The position numbers and the translations under genes are program-made. A stretch of DNA of 64,000 nucleotides from Saccostrea echinata (taxonomy: Eukaryota): positions 4,278,001 to 4,342,000 of the forward strand of contig NW_026889794.1 of NCBI RefSeq assembly GCF_033153115.1, in the 5' to 3' direction. The notes beneath the pieces are model-generated. The model was not told where the DNA came from. It did no database searches and saw nothing but the letters and a program-made list of their open reading frames with translations. This document shows, piece by piece, positions 50,470 through 64,000 of this stretch (within the stretch, counting starts at the first letter, position 1; every line of letters starts with the position of its first letter).

Positions 50470-52810
50470 TAGTATTGTTAAAAAAAGTAGCGATGGCAAA
50501 CTATTATAACAATATAGAGACCAATCTTATCGACGCAAGTATCAAAAGTTCAAAAAATTACGAAGGTCAGGTCCGAAATACCACCGCTGCAGGATATTAC
50601 AGAAAATGGCGATGTGCATATTTTCATATAGGGATATTGACAAAGTTGAGGCGTTAAACAACTATTTTGCTTCGATTTCGTCGTTGCATGATGTTGAACA
50701 AGCACTACCAGTTTTTTCTTTATTGTGTAATAGTGTTTTTAATAGTATTGAAATAGTTGAGCAAGACATTATTGATATAATTTTTATTCTCTCTGTGAAC
50801 AAGGCCATAGGACCAGACAATATTAGTCATAAAATGTTAAAAGCTACTATTTTTAGCGTCTCATTTCCCTCGTGTATTCTGTTTAATAGATTTTTAAGAG
50901 AATGTGTATTTCCTAAACAGTGGAAAGTAGCTAATGTACTTCCTGTATTTAAAAAAGGTGACCCATCATTATTATCAAAGTATAGACCTGTACCATTATT
51001 AAGCTGCGTAGGTAAAATTATGGAGCGAGTCATTTTTAAATATGTTTATAATTATTTTCATTCAAACAATCTTTTTTTTATAAATATCAGGCTGGTTTTT
51101 ACCAGGTCATTCAACTGTTTATCAGCTTATTGAGACATACGATTACATAGCTAAAGCTATATATGAAGGAAAACACTGTTGTATGGTTTTCTGTGATTTG
51201 TCTAAGGCATTTGATCGGGTATGGCATAAAGGTCTTCTATTTAAGTTACAAACTTATGGTGTTAGTGACAAAATATTGCTATGGTTTCAAAGTTATTTAG
51301 ATTTAAGGACACAATGGGTATTGCATAGGAATACTATGTCTAATTTTAAACCTTTACATGCTGGAGTCCCTCAGAGGTCTGTATTGGGACCACTTTTATT
51401 TTTGACATATGTCAATGATGTTGCTGAAAATATGTCGAGTTTAAGCAGGTTGTATGCTGATGATAATTCTTTACATAACTGTTCTGAAAATATACATGAT
51501 ATTCAAGTAGGATTGAATTATGATTTAAATCAACTTGAACAGTGGTCTAAACAGTGGCTATTGAAATTTAATCCTTCGAAAATCAAAGCTATCTTTTTTA
51601 GCACTAAGAAAAATGTCGATCTACCAAGGCTTAAATTTCAGGACTGTTATTTAGATTTTGTATCATCACACAACCACTTAGGTATTCTCTTTTCACACGA
51701 CCTTACATGGTCAGCGTACATTGATTCTATCGTTGCCAATGCATATAAAAAAATAGGTCTACTTAAAAAAATGCAGTTCAGGGTAAGTGCTAAAACTTTA
51801 TCTCTTTTATATACTACTTTTATAAGACTTCAGTTAGAATACGCAACTGAAGTTTGGTGTGGGTGTTCTTGTCAAGATTCCGAAAAACTAGAAAAATTAC
51901 AGTTAGCAGCAGCAAGAATAGCCACTGGATTAACTTCTTTGGCATCGCGAGATTCTCTCTATTTTAAAACTGGATGGGAACCACTTGCTATTAGAAGAAT
52001 GTCCAAAGTAAGAACAACTATGTATTAAATTTTTCATAATATGGTACCCGAGTATCTGAAAGAAATATTTCCAAACATTCGATCACACGAATCAAATTAC
52101 GCAACAAGACAATCACAAAATTATTGCATCCCTAAGTGTAGATTAAACATTTATAAATCATCTTTTATCCCAATTGCAATAAGGGAATGGAACTCTTTAC
52201 CACTAACAAGACAATCCACTACTATAGGTTCCTTCAAAAACTGTATAAACTCTCAAAAAACACCTACTCCTGCCTTTTTTTCTTTTGGTGTTCGTTACTG
52301 GAATGTAATTCATACTAGATTAAGACACAATTGTGTTCTGAATAAAGATTTATTTAGGTATAACATCATTGACAGTCCATTATGCACTTGTGGAAAAATA
52401 GAAGACGCATATCATTACTTTTTTTCTTGTGCGAAATACACTGTCCCAAGAAACGATTTGTTTAATGCTATTTTTAGAATGATTAATTTACGTATTGTAG
52501 ACACTCACGTACTGTTATGGGGAGATGATTCGATTAGCATTTCTGAAAATGAAAGTTTATTTTTAAATGTGCAATTGTTTATTAAGAGATCTGGTCGTTT
52601 TTGAATTTATATATTTAGATTCATTTGTACAACTACATCAAATCAATTTTGTACATGCATAACCTATGTAAGATAATCATATTGACCTTTGGTTCAAGTG
52701 TAGTTTAATTTTTTAACATTATTTTTCGTTCTAAGTTTTAAGAACGTGTGTCCGATCCTTTTGTTGTAATATCTAAACAATAAAATATGTTCAAATCAAA
52801 TTAAAAAAAA
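50470..52810 (+). mobile_element. 5'-truncated CR1-clade LINE (reverse transcriptase ORF2), inactivated
   Basis: Motifs KAIGPDNI, WKVANVLPVFKKG, YRPVPLLS, FCDLSKAFDRVWH, GVPQRSVLGPLLF, LYADD and a C-terminal CxC...EDAYHYFFSC. Frameshift in the T-run at about 51072-51079 and a stop at 52026-52028. The 3' end is AATAAAATATGTTCAAATCAAATTAAAAAAAA. Confidence 0.92.
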
Positions 52811-53416
52811 GTCACTTTTAGGATATCCCTAATCGGTCCCCAGTATGAAATAAAAATCCCAAAACCTTATTGCAGTTCTAAAGGACATTACCAATAATTT
52901 TCCAAAATATGATATGGCTACTACCTTAAATATAAGAGAAATTCTGTAAATCATGGTTTTTGTACAAAAACCACCATTCGCCATACTTGACAATATTCCA
53001 GTATGCATTCAAAATAAATTTGCGATGCCATTCACGACAATACACGTGCGGAAACGGACCTTCTAGTTTTACAAATACATTAAGTGATAAACTTCTTGGG
53101 GATAAGAAATATTTGCGATTGTGGATAGATCGTCAAAATATTTATTGAAAGTGAATAAAAGTTGATTAACTGAAGAATTCATTCAAATTTGCTTGCATTT
53201 TACAATGGATATACATGTATATATCTTCATCTTAATTAATAGCAATTTTTTTGGTTGCAAACTACATATACATGCAAAGTCTCGCATATAAAACAAAAAC
53301 GCTTTTTCTGAGGGTCCAAGAGGATTTAAACAGACATCAAAGTTCCAGGAGAAAAAATGACTGAAATGAACCATACTATATATAAAGACAACAATGAAAA
53401 CAATGATAATGAATAA

Positions 53417-53452
<36 letters not shown>

Positions 53453-53808
53453 AATTTTGGATATCATTTATATATCAGTATTCATAAAAATCTAATGGTT
53501 TCCATAAATGTAAAATTTTGTGATTTACTGACATAAACCGGTTTATTCTTTAGCATAAACCCCCACCTCAACCAATAAAACTTCTGAACTGTCCGCGTCT
53601 TAATTTGATAAAAAACAATTGCTATTTATTTATTTTTATTTAGTTTGATAATATTAAAGCAGGATATTTGGTTTTTTGAGGCATTATTCAAATAAATAAT
53701 ATAGTCTGATTCTGAATGCAATTCACTGAATGAATTATTTTGTTTGAAAAAAAAAAAGATTTGTTGAAAATGACCTCGTGTAGCATATCTAAAAAAATTA
53801 TGTGTCAT

Positions 53809-55350
53809 TCACTTCAGATATTGGATTTTCTTAACATTTCCACTATAATGCTCTGCAACAAACATATTGTCACTGTTATCCACACATAAACCATATGGAT
53901 TTTTCAGATCACAGTTATTTATAAAAGAGAGGAATCGTCCATCCTGGTCTAGTATGTGGATACAGTGGTTATTATGGTCTGCTGTAAGGATCTGACTCAG
54001 ACTATCTGTTGTTATCCCGGGAGGTTTAAAAGGTTTGTTCTTGGTAGTAGAAGGATGGCCAGTGTTTCTAAATCGGAGTTTTGCAGACTGATTGACTACC
54101 ACTACAGCACCAGCTACACAGTCAGCCACACAGATATCCAGGTTTCTATTCTCAGTGATGTACTTAATTTTGCAATTTCCTGAATATAGAGGTTTACCCT
54201 TGACATCAAACTGGATGGTTTGTTTCTCTGAGGAACCTGAGTAACGGACAACTTTAGATTGTGTTTTATCATCACTGCACATAGTAACCAGGAGATCATC
54301 AGTTGAGGAGGAAACACAGAGGTTTGTAGGTATCCAGTTCTGTAATCTGATAACCTCCTCTATCTGCCCATTCTTCACTTTATTCACAGTCTTTGTGTTC
54401 CATGCAACATACACTAGATCCCCATCACTTGTCAGTGTTATATCACTTGGCAATTCCTCTATTTTTGTACTGATTGTTTTGATGAGTGAACCTTCATTGT
54501 TAAAGCATTTCAAATCACCGACTCGGTAAGCACTTGTGCATTTCTTTTTCACTAAGACAAGTAATACTGCGGAGTTTTTCATACCCAGTATTTATAGTAG
54601 TGATGAGTTTAGGTTCTTCCAGCAGTTCTCTATTTGGTGTCTCTGGTTTCTTCAGTTTGTAGCCATTCTCTTCTTTTGTTGTGGATAAAGGTGTCAAAGA
54701 TCCAAAAAACTCGTAAATCTGTTCTGTAAAATGTATTGTCTTTGGACTGAACGTTGGTAATGAAACTTGAACTTTGGAAGGAAGTTTCCTCAATTCTTTG
54801 TTTTTAGAACTGTATTCCATGGTCATGGATAATTCATTTGATTCCTCAATTCTATTCAGGTTATGTAGTGTTTGTCCAATAAGATTTTGAATCTGTTTGA
54901 TATCATTCAAATGCTTTTTTAAAATGCTCATATGTTTTACTTTCATCTCTCCAATTTCGGCTTTCATTTTGTTGACAATGGTGTCGATTTCTCTGTGCCA
55001 TTTTCTCCATGATTTGTTACTGCTGTTGTACAAGATTTCCATATTCTCCATCCAGTCTAGCTATTTCAGTTTGTATTTCAGTTAATACACAAAGAACACG
55101 CAGAGGTGTTGCATTCTTTGCAATGAAATTTATATCTTTTTGTTTGATGTGTTTTGCACTTAGGATAAATCAAGGTTGAATTTCTCTGTTGGAATGGGAC
55201 CATCTTATGTTCGTCATAGTCATCAAAAATATGTTTTCCTACACAAGAAATGCATAGATTGACATAACAGTAATCGCAGTGCATCTGCACTATAGCGGTC
55301 TCTCAAAGGTCACAACGGACGACATCTTGGGCACTCTTGCTGGGATACAT
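53809..55350 (-). pseudogene. Disrupted TRIM-like B-box/coiled-coil/NHL gene (bivalve-expanded family)
   Basis: Starts MYPSKSAQDVVRCDL*ETAIVQMHCDYCYVNLCISCVGKH (TGA in place of a B-box Cys). The second B-box CKTH...CKEC...CSLC is cut by a deletion/stop at about 55078. Coiled coil at 54515-55051, a frameshift at about 54530, then NHL repeats (YITENRNLDICVAD, GITTDSLSQILTAD, PYGLCVD). Confidence 0.85.
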
Positions 55351-57339
55351 GTTGAAGCTAAAACATGAATGTTATAAAAACTTCTCTATTGTGGAAGAAT
55401 CTCGTCCTTAATAATTTATGTATTACCTGTGAAAATGAAAGTAGTTAAATGTACTTAGTACTATCATTATAATCTTTTACACATTTTCTTCACAAATGTG
55501 CAGGTTAGTTAATTAAATTCATCACATTGCATACTTTTTATATAATTGCAAATAAACTGGCCTCTTTTTGTAAAAAAAATAATAACGTCTTGAGTGTGTC
55601 ATCGGTCATAGGACATACACACCTAAAAATTTTCTGTTATCTGTCTAAAAATAGGATTAAACATATATATTCCTGTGCTATATACAGTGGTCTATTCCAA
55701 AGATTTAATCCAGTTTCTTATAACATTCAATTTCATTTGATATTCCATTTTTCTTTTCTATATCATATGTGACGTGGCCACCTCAAATCACTGCTCCAGT
55801 TATATGTGTCCTTTAGAGTTATCCCTCTTGTGTTGTTAAATCTATACATGCCTAAAAATTCTAAAGTAAATGTGAATAAAATTATATTCTCCCTTACTTT
55901 GTTCATCTGAATTTAGATGAATTATATTCTAAGTAATAACAAGTAAAGGCCAAAGTAGGAATGCTACTCGCTATAACCTTAAATCAATTAACATACATAA
56001 ATTAATACACAATTATAATATTACCATCTTTACCAATATTATTCAATCTATTGTGTAATTATTTTTGTCAACTAAACAAACAAGAACTGGTATTCAGACA
56101 ACGTCTCCTTCTTGTTATAATATTACATTCTTCTGCGTGAATATACGTTTTTGAGGTTACAGTGAGAGTCGATAAAGAATGTAAATGACCGGAAGTGTTT
56201 ACAGTTACTTAGTCACGTGTTCTATGATAATTATTTATAGCAAGTAAACAACGAATTGAATCTAAATTAAATTCTCCCTCACTTCGACGTTCGTTCGTCC
56301 GAATTTAAATTAATTCTATTCTATAAAAAAATCATAACAAGTAAAGACCATAGTAGGAATGCTACTCGCTATAACCTCTATACAAGGGGCAATTTTAAAA
56401 GGACTTTATAATGAAATGATCAATATCCGTCCCAAAAATCAAACTCAGATGGAGAAGTCTATATTTATGTTTTTAACCAGCGGAATACCTGCGACTTCAA
56501 AACATTACCTATTTTCATTAGCTATGGCGTCAAATGTGAGATATGGCGTCAAGAAGATTACGCAAATTAAACATTTCAATGATTTTGAGATTTACGTGAA
56601 TATTTTAATTAAAAGTCATAGAGCGCAGGTCTGTTCCAACTCAATGTTTTGATACAGTGTGTAAAACTATAAAATGAATGAAATATATAAATTCTGTATT
56701 GGAGCAGAATTGCGCTCTGTAAATTCTATCGTCAAAATTGTACAAATATTGTCCATTTTGTCCTCTTTCAAGATTAAAAATAACAGAAAATCCATGTACA
56801 GTCTCGTGTCAAAAGTATTCGTAAAAACATGGCGTCGCTCAGACTGAAATTCGGTAACGCGTTTGTTTTAGACATCGTTTTCAGAAACGAATGTAGAGTT
56901 ATTTCTCTTACTCTATATCTAACTTCACTAGAACAGGCATTTATCACGTGAGTGGTTGATGACGTATTTTGTCGTCTGCATTAGTTAATTTCGGACTGTA
57001 AACAACCATGGGTAGAAAGGAAAAGGAATTATGTTTGGAAGAGAAACAGTCGATTTTATCACTTAGAAAAGCATATGAATTAAAATTCAAAACCTGTTAA
57101 TTTGATATAATTTAAAAGCCAATTCACTGGAAATGTTGGTGAACCTGTCTTTTGAAACAATAACCCAGTTACCTCTTCTGTAAACGTCTGTCTTTCCCAA
57201 TAAATACTCAAAATGACATATGCATCATGAAATTTTAGATCTGACATTTTTAAATTCGTACGCTTACTATATCGAATGAAATATGTGGAGATAACGAACA
57301 GTAATCGAGCTCGAAAGTCCATTAAACATTACAAAATAG

Positions 57340-57918
57340 GACCAGAGTAAACACGGACCTCTAAAACATCAGAGGTGGGATCAGGTGCCATGGAGGAGTG
57401 GGCATCCCCTGCCGACCGGTCACATCCGCCATGTGCTTCTTTTCATGATCGGGAAATAACGGAAAAATCCGTCGACAATTCAATGTGTAAATAATGGCCT
57501 AACAATTAGTATGAAAAGTCAGTCAGCATTTGACTTAATGATAGATTGTATTTGCTGACAAGGTCATTGTATCGACCATAGAACTTACGAAATGATGACT
57601 TTAAAGGAGACTGCTGACATTCTTGTTTCATCAACTTGTTTGTCAATAACTTACCTCGTTTTAAAAATTGTTCATACGTAGAGCATGCTCTGGCGTATCG
57701 AATGAATCAATTGAGAGATATAAACCCGTTATGCGGGTGATAAGGGTATATTGCTGCATAAGTAAGGGAAGTTGACGATTGAAAAGTTAAAGTCATCACG
57801 TTTATCATAAAGCTTTGTTGTTAGATTAACATTAACGTCTTTTTCTAAAAAAAATATCCAAATATGAAACAGATGTTTCAGACTCTGTGGTATCTTTTAT
57901 CTCAAGCTCACCGGGATA
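57340..57918 (-). mobile_element. 5'-truncated Penelope-like retroelement: RT C-terminus plus structured 3' tail (copy B)
   Basis: The minus strand encodes YPGELEIKDTTES..SYLDI..LTTKLYDKRDDFNFSIVNFPYLCSNIPLSPA..IRYARACS..KSSFRKFYGRYNDL with frameshifts, followed by the repeat shared with 3610-3828 and 63681-63891. The clade assignment is from recalled motifs. Confidence 0.75.
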
Positions 57919-59560
57919 CCAGCAAACACAAAGGGTAAAGAATTTTATGCTGCTTCGTTTGTATGCGGATTTTAAATTTTATTGGGATGCCTTAAAAATG
58001 GTGCATTCGAGGAGTGCAGAAGGCCATTAAAGCCTTTTCTCAATTGGAAAGCAATTGTACAAGAAATAAAGTATATATAAGATGTCAATTACAAACCAAA
58101 TACATATATTCTCAGTGTTTTTGGAAAGGGAAATCTACCCTTTTTAAGGTTTTAGTTGATATACTCTACATCATGTCTATTCTATGTAACGCTCCATTCG
58201 GTATACACTAAACAATGTCTATTCCTTTTAAGACCCTGTTTGGAATACATTACCACATCTACTCTTTACTATTGTAAAACGAGTTAAGAGGGTTTCGTAA
58301 GAATCGTTCTTTTACTGCATAAACAAAAAGAACTTTTTGAGAGAATAATGGATGAAAATGATCAAGTTGAAAAACATTTCTTCTCAAGGATATCACATTA
58401 ACTTTTCTAAAAATGCTATTCATAGCACGCTTCCTATTTTGAAACATAATCTCTGCATAAATAATAATAATGAATTTCAAAGAAATATGATAGGGATGTC
58501 GGAATTAACTATTCAGTATTCTTGCTTGCTATATGTCTTTTACGTAATTGAAAATGAGAGGCCAAAAATTGCATTCTTTTCAAATTCTTCATTAATTCCG
58601 ACGATTTGTAAAACTTCAAGATGTCAAGAACATATCAACAATGGCACAGGATTCTAACTAAAGACGTTCTAACTGAATACAATATTTTATTCCTAGTTGA
58701 ACACTTTATAGTGCATTTTACAAGAAAATGGGAAATAGAAAGGAATAACTTCAATGTGAGAATTTTAAAACAAATTTGAAATACAATAAACGATCTAATA
58801 TGGTCAATTTATTTTGTTTATTATGGTTTATTGACCACACCTAATCGTGTTTTGTATTTCAAAGATTTTTGAAATTTGAGAGTGACCTCAGATAACACTG
58901 CATATCTGTAACACACATGTGTAGTCACCGAATTGAAATAAATTCTGATTAAATTAGGACTAAGGTATATTTGAAATGATATACATTAACTTTTAAAAAG
59001 GACGCCTACACTTCCTAAGATTTTCAACTAACACGCAAAACTACTATGAAAGAGTAAGATGTAAAATATGTAGTAATTAAAACATTCCCATCACCTTCTT
59101 TTTTGAACTCGGTCAATATCGCTTACCTTTCGAGAGTCAGATTTCTGTATATTTCGTGTTTTGTTCGAATTAAACATGAAAATTAGATAATTTTTATACT
59201 TTACAGGAATGAGATTATTTTTGAAATTAATATTTGAAATTATTTTTTGTAAATGCAATTTGTTTGAGCTTTTCCCTATTTGATTTTATAAGAATTCGAT
59301 TATTGATCAGCCTGTTAGTAAATGCTGCATTATATGTGTAATTAGTCTTTTTAAAACTCATTTTAATAATCTAAAAATCAATTTAACTAAACCTAAAACA
59401 TATAAATTTCATACTCTTGTGAATGATATTTAATTGTATTCAAAGATTTTAATTTTTAAGATTTAAGTTAAAGTTGCGTTACTGTTTTATTTCTTTCAAT
59501 AACGTGTGCACATAATCCCATAAGTATTTTTTAAACTCTGATTCTGCTCTTTTGCAAAAA

Positions 59561-59592
<32 letters not shown>

Positions 59593-60199
59593 AAAAAATA
59601 AAAGGGGAATGGACAGCAGGGTTGAAGACATCAGTACTCATGAATCTTGTGTAAGCTTGCCTTCTGTGATGTTATTAATCTTCCTAAAGTAAATACACAG
59701 TTTTTGTTTGAATGTTTTATGGGTGACTTACAGTAGCCTTAAATTATTTCCCACAGGCCTCTATGTTTTTGAAGAAAATAAATATCGATGTTCGATTATG
59801 TAAACGTAAATCGCTGACCTAGTTAGGTAAGAAGAAAAATTAAAAACGCTAACAACAACATCTGAGCATTGCAAAAGACAAAAAGAACACTCACTATAGA
59901 ACATTACATACATTTGGCATAATGTAATGTATACACATTTGAACTTACATTTAATAAGATAATACACTGTAACATAACTTGAAAATTATTTTGAACAGAC
60001 ATTATGAAGTCTATATGCGTATACTAGATGTTAACATTATATATAAGTTTGTTTGCTTTACGTCACCTCTAAAATTGTTAACTCAAGTTGGGACAACACT
60101 ACATGGGGTATACATAGAATATACATTGTATACTGTAAACAACATAGATACATTCTCACTATAAACTCGTCGAATAGTATATATGCACTAGAATCTTAC

Positions 60200-62820
60200 G
60201 AAGAAAAACAATACTTTGTGTAGTTTATGCCTAAAACCCTTATTTGTTGGGTAGATATGTAATACATGTCCACTAAAGCTTGACATAGAATAGATGTGGT
60301 TTAGTTTAACTAAATCCACCAGAAACTTACAAAATAGTAAGATTTATATACCTACTACATTATAACCTTATAAAGATAAAACATGGTTTATAATATACCC
60401 TGGAGTACTAAAACCTTTTACAGAATAGACATTTTATAGTGTATATCTACTATAGACCCTTATATTATTTTTTTTTTTTATTTATTTATAAATATTATAA
60501 TAAAAATTACATATAGTTTATATGCGTTAATATAATAGTCATGGCGTGGTGTGTATCCACTGGAGCCTTACGTAGAATAGATCTTATGAAATATACGAGG
60601 GTTGTTAGAAAAGTTCGCGGACAAGTTCTATTGTGAGCGCGCTATTTGCATGAAATCAGTAAAACTCTGCAGGTAAAAATTATACGTATTTTCCAATTAA
60701 TATGCCAAAATTTGGTGTTTTCCGATGATCTTTAAAAAATAAACAGCGAAATTATTTAGATAAAATATGCTTCACGGAGCATGTTACTTTTTCGCACTTT
60801 TACATTTCAGAGACATAATTTTGAAATTAAAAATTGCACTGTTGTAGCGCATTAAGATTTATTATATTTCACCTCTCGCTAAGGTATTTATGAAACGTCA
60901 TTTGGCGAAATTTTGAATTAAATTGGAGGAGTTATGACTATTTTATCACTAATTATAGATGATCAATGCGTAAAAACATAGCCAAGAAATGGTAACGTCA
61001 TTGAACGTCTTGGAGCACCGAGCTATTAAAAATATGTGTGCAGACAGGGAAATGCCCGAAAGAGACTAAAATGTTTTTAGATTCTGTTGGGGATGGCTTA
61101 CACGTATCTAGTACCAAAGTGTTCAAGTGGTAGCAACTTTGTAAGAATTAATGGAAGGATGGGCATTTTTGATTATCAACTCCTGCGATACCCCAATATC
61201 CTGCTCATCGCATGGACGTTGCGCCAATGGATTTTGCATTGTTTCTCATAACTGATCGCTGAACTGCGTAGACATTGTTTTAAAGATCTCACTAATATCC
61301 GATACGCCACAAAAGACATTAAAAAATATATAACATGTCTTGATATACTTATTTAATTTTTAAGTCAGAAAAGGACAGAAAAAGTCTATAGAAATGAAAG
61401 ATATTTACAACTGTGAAAAATCTTCACAGGTCTGGAATCAGGTTGTCACGTCGCCTACCGTCATAAAACGTCAAGTGATTGCTCCCTGAATCCGATGACC
61501 GCGCAGTAAAAATCGAAGTATATTTTCAAAATGTTAGTAAATGGACATGATCTTTTACATACTAATGAGCAAAAGATAAGAATTCAATTAGACATACGTC
61601 ATTCTTCAAAGTTTACAATATATTTTCCTTAAATCAACTGAAGGTGTCCGCGAACTTTTCTAACAACCCTCGTATATTAACTATACTAACTACACGCTTA
61701 CAGTTATAAATAAAGTATACAAACTACAGTCTTAAATAGAATAGTCATAGTGTAGTGCATACTAGAACCTTACATAGTTACACAGAATAGGCATGCTGTA
61801 ACGTATATATACCTACTGGAAGTGCACATAGAATAGGCATGGTGTAATATATACCGAATAGAGCGTTACATAGAATAGAAATGGTGTAGTGTATACCGAA
61901 TAGAGCGTTACATAGAATAGAAATGGTGAAGTGTATACTGAATAAGGCGTTACAGAGAATAGGCGTAGTGTGATGTATACCGAATAGAGCGTTACATAGA
62001 ATAGAAATGGTGTAGTGTATACCGAATAAAGCGTTACATAGAATAGGCATGGTGTAGTATATACCAAATAGAGCGTTATATAGAATAGTGAAATGTATAT
62101 ACCAAACGTAGAATACACATGTTGTAATTTATACGAAACATAGTCTTAAAAGGAATTGACTTTGTGTAGTGCATACAAAAAAGAGCCTTTAAAGGAATAG
62201 ACATTATGTAGTATATACCAGACAGAGCCTTAAAGGGAATACACATTGTGTCGTGTTAATAGAATAGATCTTTACATAAAATAGACATGGTGTAGAGTAT
62301 ATCAGCTAAACCTAATACGAATAGACATTGTGTAGTGTATACCAGATAAATCCTTACATAGAATAGGCAAGGTGTAGCGAATATCAACTTACTAAAAAAG
62401 AATAGACATTGTGTATAGTGTATACAACATAGAGCTTTACATAGAAAATACTTAGCGTAGTATACACCAAATAGAGTATTACGTAGAATAGATATGGTGT
62501 AGAGTATATCAACTAAAGCTTGAAAAAGAATAGACATAGTGTAGTTTATACCAGATAAACCTTTGCATTAAATAGACATGATATAGAGTATATCCACTAA
62601 CTAAAATAGGAATAGACATTGTGTAGTGTATACCAAATAGAGCCTTACATAGAATAGACATGATGAAGAGAATAGCCACTAAATCCTCAAAGGAATATAC
62701 ATTTTGTAGTGTATACCAGATAAACCCATACATTAAATAGACATGATATAAAGTATATCCACTAAATCCTAAAAAGGAATAGACATTGTGTAGTGTATAC
62801 GGCATGCATCCTTGAATAGA
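60200..62820. repeat. Degenerate 42-bp minisatellite array, interrupted by a mariner element
   Basis: Unit ATAGAATAGA(A/C)ATGGTGTAGTGTATACCGAATAGAGCGTTAC, best conserved at 61830-62090. Related units occur in inverted orientation at about 58140-58260. Confidence 0.8.
60596..61672 (+). mobile_element. Internally deleted mariner (Tc1/mariner) transposon
   Basis: TA + 28-bp perfect TIR CGAGGGTTGTTAGAAAAGTTCGCGGACA ... TGTCCGCGAACTTTTCTAACAACCCTCG + TA. Transposase relics: CVQTGKCPKETK and STKVFKW (N-terminal HTH), and DVAPMDFALF (degenerate YSPDLAPxDFxLF). Confidence 0.92.
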
Positions 62821-63099
62821 ATCGATCTGATTTAATGTATACCTCTCATGTACATGTAATTTTGTTGCCGTAGTTTCATTATTAGATTTAGAGTCGGCAT
62901 TTCGCGGGTTCTATGGTCGATACAATGACCTCTTTTGCCGATGGAGTTTATCATTATGTCGAATGTTGACCAGGCACGTAGCAGAAAACGGGGGTACAAA
63001 GTGCCTGTTGAATGGCGTCTTTCATACAAATTGTTAGATTATTAATTTCACAGGGTCGGTACTAAGTTCATATCCAATCGTGTGTGTCGATCTACTTTA

Positions 63100-63414
63100 G
63101 TCGTCCACTAAAACGAGGTACAACTCGCACATTAAATCTTGTTTCGAAGTCTTTCCGATGCTGGAAAACGTAAACAAGAGATTCAGCTTTCACGAAAACC
63201 ATCTTTCTCGTTTGATATTTACAATTATTATACCCCATCTCTCCGAATTCAGTACACATTGAGACCCGAGCCGAGAACAGACAACATCTTAGGAAACCCC
63301 ATGCAAGTTGTAAGGCGGAAAGTGATTGGTCTAAAATGTTCTAGAAAAACATTGTTGACCAATCACGTCCCCGTTAAAGGCTAGATGCATTGTTGAGCGA
63401 ATTTAGTGGACGAC
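63100..63414. mobile_element. Small MITE with 13-bp TIR and apparent TTA TSD (PIF/Harbinger-like)
   Basis: TTA + GTCGTCCACTAAA ... TTTAGTGGACGAC + TTA. Confidence 0.7.
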
Positions 63415-63680
63415 TTAAACTACATCAACAAGCTTGACAAGATATCGGATTTGTGAAACACGACTTAAACACTTTGTAAACGACCCTGATAATATTTTTA
63501 TTAAAGAATAAATGTTGCTGTATGGTTCCAGTCGTTAATAGACTTGCTGGAAGGTATTTAATTGAAAGTACAGTGTTTTTCAGTTTGTAATTCGAGCTGA
63601 CGTTTCCTATTCCTTTTGTATACAAAGTGATCACACGTAAAATCAAGTAAAGTATGTTGCTTGCCGCTGTGATTATTTTC

Positions 63681-63891
63681 ACACTAAATTGTCTACAGAT
63701 TTTCCCCTTTACTCGATCATGACATGGGGCACATGGCGGGTGTGAGCGGTCGACAGGAGATGTTTGCTCCTCCATGGCACCTGATCCCACCTCTGTTTTC
63801 AGAGGTCTGTGTTTGCTTTGCTCACAATTTGTATTGTTTAATTGGACTCTTGAGCACGATTATTGTTCGTTACCTTCTCATTTCATTTCAT
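63681..63891 (+). mobile_element. 3'-terminal fragment of a Penelope-like retroelement (structured repeat copy C)
   Basis: Homologous to copies A and B. A separate RT relic (SAFRGFYGRYNDL) lies at about 62890-62932. Confidence 0.7.
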
Positions 63892-64000
63892 TTCATTACA
63901 TCAAGGACAGTATTGATTAGAGCAGGATTAAAAACTGTTCAGGAAAATAACATATTTATTTGTCCTACTAAATATCACATATAAAAGAGGATTAAGGAAC

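Noticed and set aside
55303-55305. TGA at a Cys position in the TRIM B-box read as selenocysteine
   Set aside because: The gene has two further inactivating lesions and no SECIS was seen; a nonsense mutation is the simpler explanation.
57340-57500. SECIS element or hammerhead ribozyme in the Penelope-like 3' tail
   Set aside because: By eye I found neither the AUGA/GA kink-turn with an apical AA nor the CUGAUGA/GAAA hammerhead core.
61778-62805. Repetitive ORFs (ISILCNALFGIHYT)n
   Set aside because: They are translations of the 42-bp minisatellite.

Overview
AT-rich, intron-containing animal DNA. The repeat families and the B-box/NHL and serine-enriched-type BTB genes point to a bivalve, most likely a Crassostrea/Magallana oyster (inference). 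I built exon models by hand from GT-AG sites and frame continuity. Genes: the 5' part of ABCB7 (- strand, runs off the window start), head-to-head with a complete UPRT gene (ATGs 130 bp apart); an 11-exon PRDM4-like PR/SET zinc-finger gene (-); two tandem BTB-only paralogs (-) sharing a near-identical promoter block; a 7-exon, about 903-aa gene (+) encoding two GPR158/179-type ectodomain modules with no 7TM; a possible 83-aa C2HC zinc-finger microprotein; and a TRIM B-box/NHL pseudogene. Repeats include Helentron/HINE satellite-bearing elements, several MITE types, a deleted mariner, CR1-type LINE pieces, Penelope-like fragments and three minisatellites. There are two assembly gaps. The best candidate for an undescribed system is the 7TM-less double-ectodomain gene: a furin/prohormone-site linker and a GPI-like tail could yield a soluble and a membrane-anchored ligand-binding module from one precursor. 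The ABCB7-UPRT divergent pair is also notable because the same neighbourhood exists in human.
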